Below, piece after piece: positions 19,451-30,481 of a stretch of 64,000 nt of DNA (its first letter is position 1; each line of letters begins with the position of its first letter). This stretch comes from a virus. Taxonomy: Duplodnaviria; Caudoviricetes. Below the pieces are notes generated by a model, which saw only the letters and a list, made by a program, of their open reading frames with translations, had not been told where the DNA came from and did not search any database. Both the position numbers and the translations under genes were made by a program. The DNA lies in IMG/VR virus record IMGVR_UViG_3300014204_000010, positions 25,374 through 89,373 of that record; one strand, written 5' to 3'.

Positions 19451-19879
19451 TTATCCTCTTATCACTCGACAAATGGGTTTCCCGACAACCCCTGTCTTCC
19501 ATCCGGAAGTGGGTGATCCTCTAAACTCTTTACCAAACACAGCTTTTACTTCGGAAAGACCACTCCCTGCTAAGTGAAAACCCCTGACTGCCGTGCTGTT
19601 AAAAAGTTTACCAAGAAACCAGAAGGATTGTACTTTCGTTGAACCCGTAATCACATTCTGCATAGCTTCCACAAAGAAGTTGTACTTCTCCATTCCTGAG
19701 ATTTCCATGGAGAAGTTAATGATTTGTTTGGAGAGCTGATCTACTCCCTCAAAATCAAAAAGCATCTTCTCTATCGGAAGACATTGAGAGTCTCTCCAAC
19801 CTGGGTTGTCTGATCGAACATCGGGTAACATCAGCATTGCGGTGTTGGAGAAGAACAGTCTTATCCGCCAGGAGTTCAT
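19451..19879 (-). CDS. hypothetical protein (tail region)
   Basis: 142-aa ORF with SD GGAGG. Confidence 0.6.
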   Translation of the reverse strand: MNSWRIRLFFSNTAMLMLPDVRSDNPGWRDSQCLPIEKMLFDFEGVDQLSKQIINFSMEISGMEKYNFFVEAMQNVITGSTKVQSFWFLGKLFNSTAVRGFHLAGSGLSEVKAVFGKEFRGSPTSGWKTGVVGKPICRVIRG

Positions 19880-19887
19880 AATTCCTC

Positions 19888-20538
19888 CTATGAATATGTG
19901 TAGTGAATGGCAAGAACCAAGTCGTTATTGTACCAGTCGGCTGCATCCCATGAACCCATCGAGTCCAGAAGAATCTGCTTCATGTTCCAATAAACATAAC
20001 CGGCACCGGCAAGAGGATTGTCATCCAGTGTGACGTAAGAATCGGTTCCTGCAAGAGGAGTTCCCGTCCAAGTAGCTGCCCCCGGTACACCGTCTGTAGT
20101 CCCTATTGCCTTGAAGACACTGTTTGCGGGAGTACCGTCACCCAATGGCTTACTGGCCCATGTGGCATGAGTGTTGTCATCGTAAGCTTCAAGGGTAGGT
20201 GCGGTAACTGTAGCTCCGCTGAACCAGGCACAACAAACGTAACGAGTATTTCCACCGCTTCCCCCACCTGCTGTAGTTCCTGCAAGAACTACCTGCTGAT
20301 AGTCCCCTTCACTATTATCCATAAGAAAGAGCTTCGGGACTTCAGAGGAACCAGATTGAGGAATAATGGCAGGATAAGATGCACCTGAGATTAAATCCCC
20401 ACCCATTTGTTGTGAGTCCCTCCATACAATAATGTCCCCTGCACCCATAAGCAAGAAGTTAGAATCTCCTGCAGGGTTAGTACAAGCCACATCATTGGAA
20501 GAGATGTTAAACAGAATATTTACGGTTGGTTTGGACAT
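19888..20538 (-). CDS. virion structural protein (tail region)
   Basis: 216-aa Gly/Ser/Thr-rich ORF with SD GGAGG. Confidence 0.6.
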   Translation of the reverse strand: MSKPTVNILFNISSNDVACTNPAGDSNFLLMGAGDIIVWRDSQQMGGDLISGASYPAIIPQSGSSEVPKLFLMDNSEGDYQQVVLAGTTAGGGSGGNTRYVCCAWFSGATVTAPTLEAYDDNTHATWASKPLGDGTPANSVFKAIGTTDGVPGAATWTGTPLAGTDSYVTLDDNPLAGAGYVYWNMKQILLDSMGSWDAADWYNNDLVLAIHYTYS

Positions 20539-20550
20539 AAAAATTACCTC

Positions 20551-23007
20551 CTAGAAAGGACTCGTTACATAAACTGTGGCATTTGCCGAAACAGTTTGCC
20601 ACTCATAATCTACATAATCTTCACCGGTAATTCGAATACCGATGGATTGATTGCAAGCATTGTTTCCTACCTTCAGACTATTGTTAACCACTTCTACAAA
20701 ACCACTCCCCGAAGTTATTGTCAGAACAAAAGAACCAGACACAACTTCTCCACTTGATCTGCATAAGTAGTAAGGACCAAATGTCTGATCTCCCGGGATT
20801 GTCTTTGTGGGATTGAGAGGACCGGTTATGTTGTAAGTTATCTCTGTACCACTTACTCCACCTGTGTATGTGACTGAGAGGGAAGCAGTCAAACTCTCAC
20901 CCGTTCTGGGATGAACTCCTTGGACAGACACCGATACCGACTGCGAAGGAGTCAACTTATTTGTCGAAAAATACCCTAAGGAGGGAATCTGAAGATAACC
21001 AGAACCACTCGCAGCAATCTTAGTTTGGGTAATGAGTACGGGTGTACCTGTAACTGGATCCATCATGTACAGGTTATAAGGTCCAAACCTTTGAATGTCT
21101 TGTCCCCCGTTTGCATAAACACAGGCTATCGGACCTTCCACGTAAACGGTCGGTTTTGTCTCTCCCCCACCAGTACCTGTATCACTGACAATGCTTACCT
21201 TTATTGACTGAGTTAGTCCTTGCTCGGTGTCTACATCTACGGATACATTTACCTGAGCATCACCGACATGACTACCCTTCAGGTAATTCCTGACGGAACC
21301 TCCCCGAGTATAATCGACAAGAACTTCGGTACCTGTGGCTACAAACGCATTGAGGTCGATTATCCTTCCTACGAAGGAACTATAGAGATTCGATCCTGTT
21401 TTTTGTCCGTAAGCATCAATTAACCAGATACCAGTGACTGTAGTTATGGGGCAAGAAAGAACACATTGGGATTGACCAAATATGTCGTTTACTACCTCAG
21501 TTTTTTCTCCTGTAATTGTAATGGTTTCTGTAGCTTTATCAGCCCAAGCAAGATAGCCATTACCTGTAACTTCAAGCATGTGAACAACTACATTAGCCGG
21601 ACATCCACCATTCTCCACGTAAACGTCTATAACAGACTGACCCGTGGAAATGGTAGTCGGGTTTGCCGTTATTGTCATGCTCGTCTTACATTTGCAGGAG
21701 TTATCCACATAAAGAAGCTTTACATTGTCTCTCCCTGATACAGAGGCAATTACGTTGACTTCCCCAAGTAACTGTACGGCGGTGGGACTTTCGTAAGCCT
21801 TTTCGTCATAGACAATGACATTCTTGACCATTCCTGAAGCCATATAACTAATGACAACCATCTGATCACAGAAGTTAAACTGGGTTAAGGTTAGATACAC
21901 CGTCTTGCCGTCAATGACATAACCGTTATTTGCAGCGTAATTAAAACTTCTCGATTTGTCGGAGTATGCCCAGATACCTAAAATTGAAGAAGCCTCAAAT
22001 TCAGTAGAAACGGAGTTTACCCCGGAAGCTCTTTTAATCTCGCTGGGAATAAGCATCTCTTGGGTATTCTGACTGGCTGTTTTCTGTAAGTTAGCCGGAG
22101 AATGAGGATACTTGAACCACATATCTTTAGCATTAGCAGGTTCAAAGAACCACTCAACCACAGCATTATTTATGGGAACACTGTCACCGTTCTTTACTTG
22201 AGCATAAATAATCAGATCGGTATTTCCGTCTACACCCATACATTCTGAATCCATAGACATTTCTATGCTGTTCTGGGATGTCGTTTGTGCCGGTGTAATC
22301 TTAATCCTATTTCCAAACTCAGGCCACTCTGGTTCTTCATTGTAACTCTGCACGATTAAGTCGGTAATATCTACATCAGAGGTGGTTGGTGCCCTGTCTA
22401 AAACACGGATACAGATGTCTCCTTGACGGTCACAGGTTACGAAACCCTCCGCACCGACAGCTAAGTTGACGAGCTTCTTAAGGACTTCTATAGGAAGCTC
22501 GTTATCGGCTTCGAAATTGTCGGCATAAACATAGAAGTCGGCAAGATCACATTTGTTCTCATCCCAAGTTAGACCTACGGATTCTAACAATTCCTCACAG
22601 ATGTTATAAAAGGTAGTATCTGCCACCCAAAGCTTAGTAATCTTTTGAGCAAAGGGTTCTCCCATTATGGCTGTGGACTGTCTTCCCCAAATCCCTGTAG
22701 TTGTTTCATTGAGACCTACTCGAAAGGTCGGTCGTTCTATAAAGAACTCTCCTTGGGATATCCACGCAGGATCGTATTCGTCTTCATATTCATCTTCGGA
22801 AAGCTCATTGGTTCTGGTGAAAACTTCTATTCGTGGACTCTCCGGGATTATAGAAAAATCCAGAGCATCATAAAAAGTCTCATCGGCAAGTTCCAAAGAT
22901 AATTCCCTACAGAACATCTCAAGACTGGATTCTATATTGAAGGACAGAACCTTGTCTGTTATATCTACAGTCCCGTCTAATACGAATTTCCAACCGTAGT
23001 CTCCCAC
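20551..23007 (-). CDS. tail tip / baseplate hub protein
   Basis: Two genes after the tape measure; N-terminal DITDKVLSFNI..S hub-like segment followed by Ig-like repeats. Confidence 0.65.
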   Translation of the reverse strand: MGDYGWKFVLDGTVDITDKVLSFNIESSLEMFCRELSLELADETFYDALDFSIIPESPRIEVFTRTNELSEDEYEDEYDPAWISQGEFFIERPTFRVGLNETTTGIWGRQSTAIMGEPFAQKITKLWVADTTFYNICEELLESVGLTWDENKCDLADFYVYADNFEADNELPIEVLKKLVNLAVGAEGFVTCDRQGDICIRVLDRAPTTSDVDITDLIVQSYNEEPEWPEFGNRIKITPAQTTSQNSIEMSMDSECMGVDGNTDLIIYAQVKNGDSVPINNAVVEWFFEPANAKDMWFKYPHSPANLQKTASQNTQEMLIPSEIKRASGVNSVSTEFEASSILGIWAYSDKSRSFNYAANNGYVIDGKTVYLTLTQFNFCDQMVVISYMASGMVKNVIVYDEKAYESPTAVQLLGEVNVIASVSGRDNVKLLYVDNSCKCKTSMTITANPTTISTGQSVIDVYVENGGCPANVVVHMLEVTGNGYLAWADKATETITITGEKTEVVNDIFGQSQCVLSCPITTVTGIWLIDAYGQKTGSNLYSSFVGRIIDLNAFVATGTEVLVDYTRGGSVRNYLKGSHVGDAQVNVSVDVDTEQGLTQSIKVSIVSDTGTGGGETKPTVYVEGPIACVYANGGQDIQRFGPYNLYMMDPVTGTPVLITQTKIAASGSGYLQIPSLGYFSTNKLTPSQSVSVSVQGVHPRTGESLTASLSVTYTGGVSGTEITYNITGPLNPTKTIPGDQTFGPYYLCRSSGEVVSGSFVLTITSGSGFVEVVNNSLKVGNNACNQSIGIRITGEDYVDYEWQTVSANATVYVTSPF

Positions 23008-23475
23008 CTAGTATTCTCCTAAGTCTTCTCTTTCCAAAACCACAAAATTCATCTCGTAATTAAACCGGGTCATCCCGTAATGTGAGCTGATCAAGTTTCG
23101 TCTTGAAATGTAGCCTCTCGGTCGTGCAAACTTCACAAGAAAACAGTCATAGCCGTCGGTAAAATAGAATTGCCCATTAGATATTTGACTCGCTGCTATA
23201 AATGCTTGATTAGTCAAAATCGAAAAGGCTGCCTCATCTGAGATCGTTATCCTCTGATCCTGTATCTGTTCTCCAAAGTCTTGAACTACGACTCCCCCTA
23301 GAGTGGGAATGACCGAACCCCTCATCGTGTTTCCCGCGAAAGGATCATATGTACCCTTACCGATCGGGTCTGTATCGAACACTATTAAAACAGAAGGAGC
23401 AGGATTGAAGGCTTCTTGTGGATCAAGAGAAGCTCCTAACTCCGTACTGAATAAAGCAAACTTCGATCTAGCCAT
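23008..23475 (-). CDS. distal tail protein-like
   Basis: 155-aa ORF directly after the tape measure gene. Confidence 0.5.
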   Translation of the reverse strand: MARSKFALFSTELGASLDPQEAFNPAPSVLIVFDTDPIGKGTYDPFAGNTMRGSVIPTLGGVVVQDFGEQIQDQRITISDEAAFSILTNQAFIAASQISNGQFYFTDGYDCFLVKFARPRGYISRRNLISSHYGMTRFNYEMNFVVLEREDLGEY

Positions 23476-26400
23476 GGGATAACCTCATTCTCGCTAATTC
23501 TGTTTCCAGTCTCTTTATCTGTTGCCTGGTGGTTTGTGGGTTACCAACTACTTTCAAGGGAACAGCTTCATTCCCGACCTGTAGATTCAAAGTGAATACT
23601 TCCGAGAGCTGTCGGACAATTCCTCCCTGAGCAAAGTTCTGTGTAGGAGCTTTAAAGTTTGGTACAGAGAAGGTTTTAAGGTTGTTTATGAAATGGAAGA
23701 AACCTTCACCAAGCATCTGCACTACACCCTTTCGAACGACAAATTCTCCCGGGGTAAGATTTGCGGGAACTGAATCAGTATCACCGGTTCCGGGGACATC
23801 TCCACCTTCTCCGAACTGATATGGAATACCGAATCCTGTGAATCCTCCGAAAACGGGTTCTTGCCCTTCTTTAACATACTTAGTCACTACGGTGAAGACA
23901 GCCCTCATACCATTGATTTTATTAAATAAATCGTTCATTCTGGTCTCGACAGAAGCAATCATGGTGGAAAGAGAAGTCATACCCGTTCCGTCACTCCCCA
24001 TAAAATGCACTATAAAGTTAGCACTCTTTGCGGATATAGCAGATGCCAGGTTTTCAAATCTCTTCTTCATGTCGTCGATTAAAGGAGAAAGCATTTTTGC
24101 ACCTTCTCCAGCATCTCCTTTAAGAGCAAAGACAGCTTTGAAGTCCGTTTTCCCTACTTCATCACAAAGTTTACGGAAGGAGTTTTGCGTTTCCGTAATC
24201 TTCAGGGATAGAGATTTCTTCTCTGTACCGTCAGCACCTTCAAAGTAGACAACATAGCTAGGAGGTTTCTCGACAAGCTGTGTCTGGAAGGATGCCAAGG
24301 TTTTCATTACTTCGTTTATGGTATTGGTGAGTGTATCTACAGGAGAAGCCTTACCTAAAATCCTTATGACAATCGCAAACTTATCTCCCCTGTTGCTTTC
24401 GTCAATGGCAGTCAGTAACCGGTTCAACTGAGCCAGAGCCGAGTCAATATTGATTGCTACGGTCAATTCCTTAGCTAGTCTCTCGGCAACATCGTTGTAT
24501 TTGGCCATCAAGGTGTCGATAGTCTTCTCAATTCCCGACATCTTGGACCTTGAAGCATCTGCGGTAGACTGGGCTATATCCACCAGTTTCTTAGTAGCTG
24601 CCTCTTGAGCATTTATTAACTGCCCTATAAAACCGACTCTTGCATTCTTGGTGGCTTCTGCATCCATGACCTCCTTACCTTCAGCATCCTTCTTCATGAC
24701 CGTCAGATTTCCGATCATTCCAGATGCCTTATTGAAGTAATCTTGTGCAGAAGCTACCTTGACCTTTGCAGCATCAAGGGTTAGACTTTTATCGGTTTCA
24801 TTCAGTTGCTTCCAACCAGCACCTATGATAGACTGAATTTCCCGTTCTTTGTCGGCTCTTTGTTGCTCAGAGTCCATTGTCAACCGAAGGGCTTCTCGTC
24901 TTTGTCCTTCTAAGTCTTCCTTGGTTTTAGTCAAAGACCTTTCGGCGTTTTCAATTTCCTTTAAGGCTGCAATGTACTCACTTTTATACCGTTGACCTTC
25001 GGCAATCTTACCATCTATAAGACCTTTGTATTTAACTAGGTCATCTTTGTAAATGGCTGCAAGCTTCTCGGCATTCTCTTGTTCCAAGGCAGCCATCATG
25101 TACTTCTTATTTTCCCCGATTATCTGGGTTTGTTTTTCAAGAAACTCCTTTTTAGCGGCATATACTCTGTTCCAAGCAGCAATCTCCTTGACGGTAGCCT
25201 CTTCAATCATTATCTGGCTTTGCTTGTAGTAGTCGTCTTCAAGTCGGTACTTCTCCATCAAGAAGTTAGTCTGATTAAGGATAGAAGTCTCCGCATGGGA
25301 TATTTCCTGATTCTTTCGAAGCTCAAGAGCTTGTAATTGGGCTTCGGAAGCTGACTTCAGCAGTTTGGCTTCGTCCTGATACATCTTGTCCATCATGGAT
25401 AAGGCTTTTTCAACCATCTTAGCTCTGGATTCCAGAAGCTTATTGAAGTGATCATCAAATACCTTCTCCTTCTCGGCAAGAAGGAGCTGTTCATCCCCGG
25501 TTTCTTTTCTTAAGGTATCGACTGCCTTCTTGGCTGCTTTCTCAGCCAAAGCAGCTTGCTGGAGGACAAAACCCTGACCCTTAATATCCTGAGCCGCATA
25601 ATACTCTTGCCATTTAGCCCCTAGAGCGAATAAGGAATCAAACTGTTTCTGTTGGTAGTCGGACATCCCTGCTTTTAAGGATGCTACCATCTTATCGTTC
25701 AATTCCACAATGTTCTTGACGTTATTGGCATACTCCCCTTGGGGAAGGGAATCTAGGAGTTTTTGTCTCAGTTCCTTAGAAGAATTGATAATAACGGAGG
25801 CAGTTTCCTGATAGATGCCAGCCGATACTCTGTATTGATTGTTAAACATCTGTTGGGCGGCGTAATTGTCTCTACCCTCTTTTGTTAAAGCCGAGAAGGT
25901 TATCTTTAGATTGGTAACAGCCTCTGTATAAGCTGAAGTCTCCATTCCCGCCAGAGACAAAAGCAACTTATAGGGTTTAAGTAAATCCATTACAGAGGAG
26001 ACAGTCGTACCCCATTGAACAAGAAGACCTCTGTCCTCATTCAAGTAATCAGAATAGAGTTTAAGGGACTTTGCGGCATTATCGTATTCCTTAACTAAAT
26101 TCTGGATGGCATCAACAGCCGATCGGGTAGCCATCTTCTCATATTTAGCCGATACTTCCGTAAGAAGACCGGCTTGGGCTTCTAAATTGCCGTTAAACCG
26201 CAGCATTTGGGAAGAAAGTTCAGGGAATGTGTCCTTAACCTGTCGTAAAACTGCCAGATAGTCGTCGGTGATTATCTCTCCTTTACTCTGACGATCATTC
26301 AAATCAAGGAGAGTTTTGGCGTACTCTACGGCTGATTTACTGTTTTCCGTATAAGTTATGGTGTTCTTCTGAAGAGTTTTTCCTAATTCCGCAGAGCTTG

Positions 26401-29400
26401 TACTGAATGCGTAAATGGCTGACCCAAGAGCGATTACTGTGGTTAGTAATAACCCAAAAGGATTGCTGGCAATCACCGCTTTAAGAGCTAACCAAGCTCT
26501 ACTCAATATACCCACAGAGGAAGCTGCTCCCACCGATGCTGTTCCTATGTAGCCTATAGCAGCGGCCGATCCTGTAAGAAAGATAGCCAAAGAAGAAAGA
26601 CTGGCTCTAAATAAGTTCCAAGCTGCGGTGAGGAGTCCTACGGTCGTAGTTAGCCCCATAGCTTCCACAGTGGCTTTACCTAGCCAACCTACTAATGCAA
26701 TGTCTAATACTGCTTTTATAGCTATGGTTAAAATACCTAAGGCAGTCTTGAGAAGGAATACCATTGCTAAGAACTTCGCCATAGCATTGTCGGTAAGATA
26801 AGTCATTACATCAACGATCTTGGTTAGTCCTGTTATCACCGAACCAAAGACATCGGTTAGACCACCCTGACTCATCCTTATTATCATATTAGTAAAGCGG
26901 TTACCTAACACAGATATTTTTACGGAGAGACCTTCGGTCTGGGTACCCGCCATTATGGCAGCAGCCCCGTATTGTTCGGTAAACTTGATCATCATACCAA
27001 GATGTTCGTGCATGGTGGAGATAACCAAAGCAGCATTACCTGCTCTTACGTTAAAGAACTGGACGGCGTTTGTTAAACTTCCACCAACCACTTTACCTAA
27101 GTTCTCAGCAACCTTAGCAAGACCGAGTTTCTTTATACTCAAATCTTCGGTAGTCATCCCCAAATCTTGCAGAGCATTACGGAGTTTAGCCGAAGGATTT
27201 TCTAATCCGATGAACACTTGACGTAAACTCGTACCTATAGTGGACATTCTCATACCTTCGTTTGACAATGCCATTATAGCTCCTAGAGTTTCCCCTAGAC
27301 TGGCTCCTGCAGCATGAGCCGCCGGACCTATGTAGTTAAACACAGTCCGTAAACCCTCAAGATCGGTCTTAGATTTGTTAGCTGCCATGGTCAACATGTC
27401 CATGACTCTTGAAGCATCCTCAGCAGGTATCTTGAATGCACGAAGTACGGTAGTTAGCAAGTCGGCTGCTGTATTCAAAGGTTCAAGAGTACCCTGGGCA
27501 CCTCTAGCAGCAGCGGCAATCACCTGTAAAGATTCCCCTGCACTAAAACCTGCCTGAGCAATGTAAATTGCACCTTTTCCTATTTCAGTAGCCGAATATT
27601 TTGTTTTATCCGATATATCAAGGATTTCATCCCCTAATAAACTGATTTCAGCTTCAGTACCTTGGGATATAGCCTGTAACGCCTTTAACGATTGATCAAA
27701 TTCAGTTACGGCATTTATTGCCTTTGAGATGGATTCAATGAACTCCCCGATGATCATGGCAGCTACTATCCAGGCAGCCAAGCTCGTCAAGGCTCTTGTC
27801 AAGTTTTGTATGTAACCAGCAGCTACATTGGCGGCAGCTCCCCCACCTATTAATCCTTGTGTAAACAAAGACAGGGTGCTCAAGGGGCGGTTTACACCGC
27901 TAGAAAATCTACCCAGTTCTGTGACATGATTCTGGAGAAGTTTTACCGCTTCTTTATGAGTTACATTTCCTGACTGGATGGCTTGGTCAAGAAGCATTAC
28001 CACTCTACCAGTTCTTCCACCAGCACCTTCAACTTTTTCGACTGCTTTCTCCCAAGCAGCCATATTCCTTATTGATTCTCCCCAAGCTTTATCTAAATTA
28101 GTTAGATTCACTTGAGCCATTCTGAAGCTCTGCTGGGTACCTTCCATTTGGGAAATGATTTTTGTGGCACTTTCCCCAAACTTTGTCTGTGACCCTATGA
28201 GACTTTGGTACTTGACATTGAGGTATTCTTGATTGTCGGCAAGGAGTTTGGCTGAGTTAGCTGCCCTGGTAGTCAGCTCCCCATGTGCCCTTAAGTTTTC
28301 TTGGGCTGTTTTTAGAGGGACATTTCCTTCTGCAAACTTCTGTCCCATGTATTCAATGGCACTTGCAGAAGCTTTGGTGTTCTTTTCTGCCCAAGTAACA
28401 AAGTCGGAGTAGGTCTGTATTCCCCTTCCAGCTTCATTGGCTCTATTTGCCACTCCCTGTAAAGCGGCTTGATAGTCTGCCCAAGTTTTGATCTGGGTAC
28501 CAAACTTGTCATGGATGGAATCAGCAGCTTTCCCAAATTCGGAGTACTTAGTTCGAAGGGCATCGACTCTTTCCTCTACTTGTTGGGAACTTCTTCCTAA
28601 CTGTAGGTACTGATCTCCGATCTTTGCAACTTCTCCTCTTAGAAAGGAAGAGGCTACAGCTTGTTTATCGACGGTAGCAGCCCATTTCTCCCCCGCCAAT
28701 CCCATCTGATTCATTCGCTCTATGTTACCAGCAACAGCTTTCTCTGCCGCTATCATGGCGGAGTTAGCCGCACTTTGCTTGTCCCTCAGAGCTTCCAGTT
28801 CCCTTCTTGCATCAGGAACAGTCTTGATGAAATTGCCTAAACGATCTTTTACCGAAGTGAAGTTATCCTTACCAAATTCGTCTTGCATCTGGGCAAAAGT
28901 ACGCTGCAAGGTGGTGAAAGATTGACTCGTGCTGAAAACAACTCCTTGGGAACGGACTAATTCTCCGTTCAAAGCTGAATGAGCAGCCCCTACTCGGTCT
29001 ACCCCATCTGACCAGTTCTTTAAGTCTCTTGGAAGAGCATTCATTCCAAGTTGACTTCGCACTTTACCGAAGGAGGCTTCAGCTTGAAGGACTTTCTTTT
29101 CAGTTCGGTCTAATGCTCCGACTAGATCGTTAAATCGGTTTATGGAAGTACCAGATTCCTTAGCCAATTCGGCAAGAGCTTTCCTGTACTGAAAGCTCTC
29201 ACCACTGGCCGATTTCAATTTCTGTACTAACCTATCATATACTGGACCTTGAAGTTCGGTACTATGGATTGATGAAATGGTAGCGGCATCCAGACCTTTT
29301 AATTGTGCCCTTGTCTCTGCAAGAGTTCTGCCATGGCTTTCTGAAGCTTTCGTAGCCTTATCTTCAGCAGCAACTAGTTCGGTGAGACGGCTCTTGGACT

Positions 29401-29656
29401 CTGTGGTTCCAGCAGCTAAATCCTTCATAGCATCCGTACTTCTCTTGGATGCCTTTTCCGCACTAGCCATAACCTTTTCTTGAGCATTGGCTAGATCACC
29501 CATAGCCTTTGCTCCAGTTTGCCCTATTGATTCCAGAGAAGCGACAAATTGCTTGAGCTTATCCGCAATTTTGTCTACGTTCTGCAGGAAGTCGGTTATT
29601 TGGGCTTGGAATAAAACCCCTAGTCCTAGATTTTGGGAACTATCATCATCAGCCAT
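23468..29656 (-). CDS. tape measure protein
   Basis: 2062 aa, helical and Ala-rich; TP901-type core (EFDQSLKALQAIS...TKYSATEIGKG...AANKSKTDLEGL...GTSLR); follows the chaperone genes. Confidence 0.95.
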   Translation of the reverse strand: MADDDSSQNLGLGVLFQAQITDFLQNVDKIADKLKQFVASLESIGQTGAKAMGDLANAQEKVMASAEKASKRSTDAMKDLAAGTTESKSRLTELVAAEDKATKASESHGRTLAETRAQLKGLDAATISSIHSTELQGPVYDRLVQKLKSASGESFQYRKALAELAKESGTSINRFNDLVGALDRTEKKVLQAEASFGKVRSQLGMNALPRDLKNWSDGVDRVGAAHSALNGELVRSQGVVFSTSQSFTTLQRTFAQMQDEFGKDNFTSVKDRLGNFIKTVPDARRELEALRDKQSAANSAMIAAEKAVAGNIERMNQMGLAGEKWAATVDKQAVASSFLRGEVAKIGDQYLQLGRSSQQVEERVDALRTKYSEFGKAADSIHDKFGTQIKTWADYQAALQGVANRANEAGRGIQTYSDFVTWAEKNTKASASAIEYMGQKFAEGNVPLKTAQENLRAHGELTTRAANSAKLLADNQEYLNVKYQSLIGSQTKFGESATKIISQMEGTQQSFRMAQVNLTNLDKAWGESIRNMAAWEKAVEKVEGAGGRTGRVVMLLDQAIQSGNVTHKEAVKLLQNHVTELGRFSSGVNRPLSTLSLFTQGLIGGGAAANVAAGYIQNLTRALTSLAAWIVAAMIIGEFIESISKAINAVTEFDQSLKALQAISQGTEAEISLLGDEILDISDKTKYSATEIGKGAIYIAQAGFSAGESLQVIAAAARGAQGTLEPLNTAADLLTTVLRAFKIPAEDASRVMDMLTMAANKSKTDLEGLRTVFNYIGPAAHAAGASLGETLGAIMALSNEGMRMSTIGTSLRQVFIGLENPSAKLRNALQDLGMTTEDLSIKKLGLAKVAENLGKVVGGSLTNAVQFFNVRAGNAALVISTMHEHLGMMIKFTEQYGAAAIMAGTQTEGLSVKISVLGNRFTNMIIRMSQGGLTDVFGSVITGLTKIVDVMTYLTDNAMAKFLAMVFLLKTALGILTIAIKAVLDIALVGWLGKATVEAMGLTTTVGLLTAAWNLFRASLSSLAIFLTGSAAAIGYIGTASVGAASSVGILSRAWLALKAVIASNPFGLLLTTVIALGSAIYAFSTSSAELGKTLQKNTITYTENSKSAVEYAKTLLDLNDRQSKGEIITDDYLAVLRQVKDTFPELSSQMLRFNGNLEAQAGLLTEVSAKYEKMATRSAVDAIQNLVKEYDNAAKSLKLYSDYLNEDRGLLVQWGTTVSSVMDLLKPYKLLLSLAGMETSAYTEAVTNLKITFSALTKEGRDNYAAQQMFNNQYRVSAGIYQETASVIINSSKELRQKLLDSLPQGEYANNVKNIVELNDKMVASLKAGMSDYQQKQFDSLFALGAKWQEYYAAQDIKGQGFVLQQAALAEKAAKKAVDTLRKETGDEQLLLAEKEKVFDDHFNKLLESRAKMVEKALSMMDKMYQDEAKLLKSASEAQLQALELRKNQEISHAETSILNQTNFLMEKYRLEDDYYKQSQIMIEEATVKEIAAWNRVYAAKKEFLEKQTQIIGENKKYMMAALEQENAEKLAAIYKDDLVKYKGLIDGKIAEGQRYKSEYIAALKEIENAERSLTKTKEDLEGQRREALRLTMDSEQQRADKEREIQSIIGAGWKQLNETDKSLTLDAAKVKVASAQDYFNKASGMIGNLTVMKKDAEGKEVMDAEATKNARVGFIGQLINAQEAATKKLVDIAQSTADASRSKMSGIEKTIDTLMAKYNDVAERLAKELTVAINIDSALAQLNRLLTAIDESNRGDKFAIVIRILGKASPVDTLTNTINEVMKTLASFQTQLVEKPPSYVVYFEGADGTEKKSLSLKITETQNSFRKLCDEVGKTDFKAVFALKGDAGEGAKMLSPLIDDMKKRFENLASAISAKSANFIVHFMGSDGTGMTSLSTMIASVETRMNDLFNKINGMRAVFTVVTKYVKEGQEPVFGGFTGFGIPYQFGEGGDVPGTGDTDSVPANLTPGEFVVRKGVVQMLGEGFFHFINNLKTFSVPNFKAPTQNFAQGGIVRQLSEVFTLNLQVGNEAVPLKVVGNPQTTRQQIKRLETELARMRLSHG

Positions 29657-29657
29657 T

Positions 29658-29843
29658 TTACTTTGCCCCTTTTGACGCCCATTGTTTCCACTTGCCCATC
29701 ATTTTCTCAGTTAAGGCATTTCTCTCTTCGATTGGCATCTTTTCATAATCTTTGGGGTCTCCGAACAGCAGAAGATTAGACTTACTTTTAGCTGGAGATT
29801 CGGTTTCTTCTATTTTCTCCGGATCGACACCGTGTATAGCCAT
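29658..29843 (-). CDS. tail assembly chaperone, C-terminal extension (-1 frame, gpGT-like)
   Basis: This frame stays open upstream to at least 30047, past the stop of the chaperone ORF. Confidence 0.65.
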   Translation of the reverse strand: MAIHGVDPEKIEETESPAKSKSNLLLFGDPKDYEKMPIEERNALTEKMMGKWKQWASKGAK

Positions 29844-29911
29844 TTGGAACTTGTGATCAATTTCTTCCCACTTTAAGTATTCTTCAAGAAGGTAATCTAT
29901 CTGCCCGAAGG

Positions 29912-30409
29912 TTATGCCTCCTTCTCGAAAGCTTTTTCGGTAGATGTCTTCAAGTCGATATTGGGGGAAGTTTCGGAGGAAGAGGGTAACGACCTCTCCG
30001 AACGTAGCAGACTTTTCATTCGGTCGAAGAGGTCTTTTCCTTTTTTTAAGGCTGGCTCAAAACTCACTTCCCAAATGGTCTCGATAAGGGTGACCAACTG
30101 TAGATTGGTGAGTTCCTCCATAAGGAGCTTGACATCTTTCTCACTCAAGTCTGTTACGGGAATAAGGATTTTCCCGATGTTGCTTTCAAGGTTCTTCAGT
30201 ATTATGGCAATAAAGGCAACATTGTCAATACCCTTATCCTTCTGATATTGACTGACGGTATCCTGGACAATCTTGGTAATAAAAGTGGTTATTCTGGTTT
30301 GATCAGCCGCAGACAGCGGCCAGATGGTGAGTTCCTTCAGAGTCTTTTTTCCATATTGGATTGTTCTCATTTGAGGATTGAGGATTTCCTCTTCCATTTC
30401 GTTCTTCAT
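29912..30409 (-). CDS. tail assembly chaperone (gpG-like)
   Basis: Between major tail and tape measure genes; contains the slippery A AAA AAA heptamer (T7 run at 30041-30047 on +). Confidence 0.75.
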   Translation of the reverse strand: MKNEMEEEILNPQMRTIQYGKKTLKELTIWPLSAADQTRITTFITKIVQDTVSQYQKDKGIDNVAFIAIILKNLESNIGKILIPVTDLSEKDVKLLMEELTNLQLVTLIETIWEVSFEPALKKGKDLFDRMKSLLRSERSLPSSSETSPNIDLKTSTEKAFEKEA

Positions 30410-30438
30410 TAAGACATCTCCTTTAAGAAGATTCCTCC

Positions 30439-30456
30439 CCCTTATTCAGGGGGAGG
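30439..30456 (-). terminator. GC-rich hairpin after major tail gene
   Basis: CCTCCCCCT-TATTC-AGGGG(G)GAGG-type inverted repeat in the intergenic gap; weak U tract; coordinates approximate. Confidence 0.4.
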
Positions 30457-30481
30457 TTGTGATGGTTATACTTGGTAGGGA

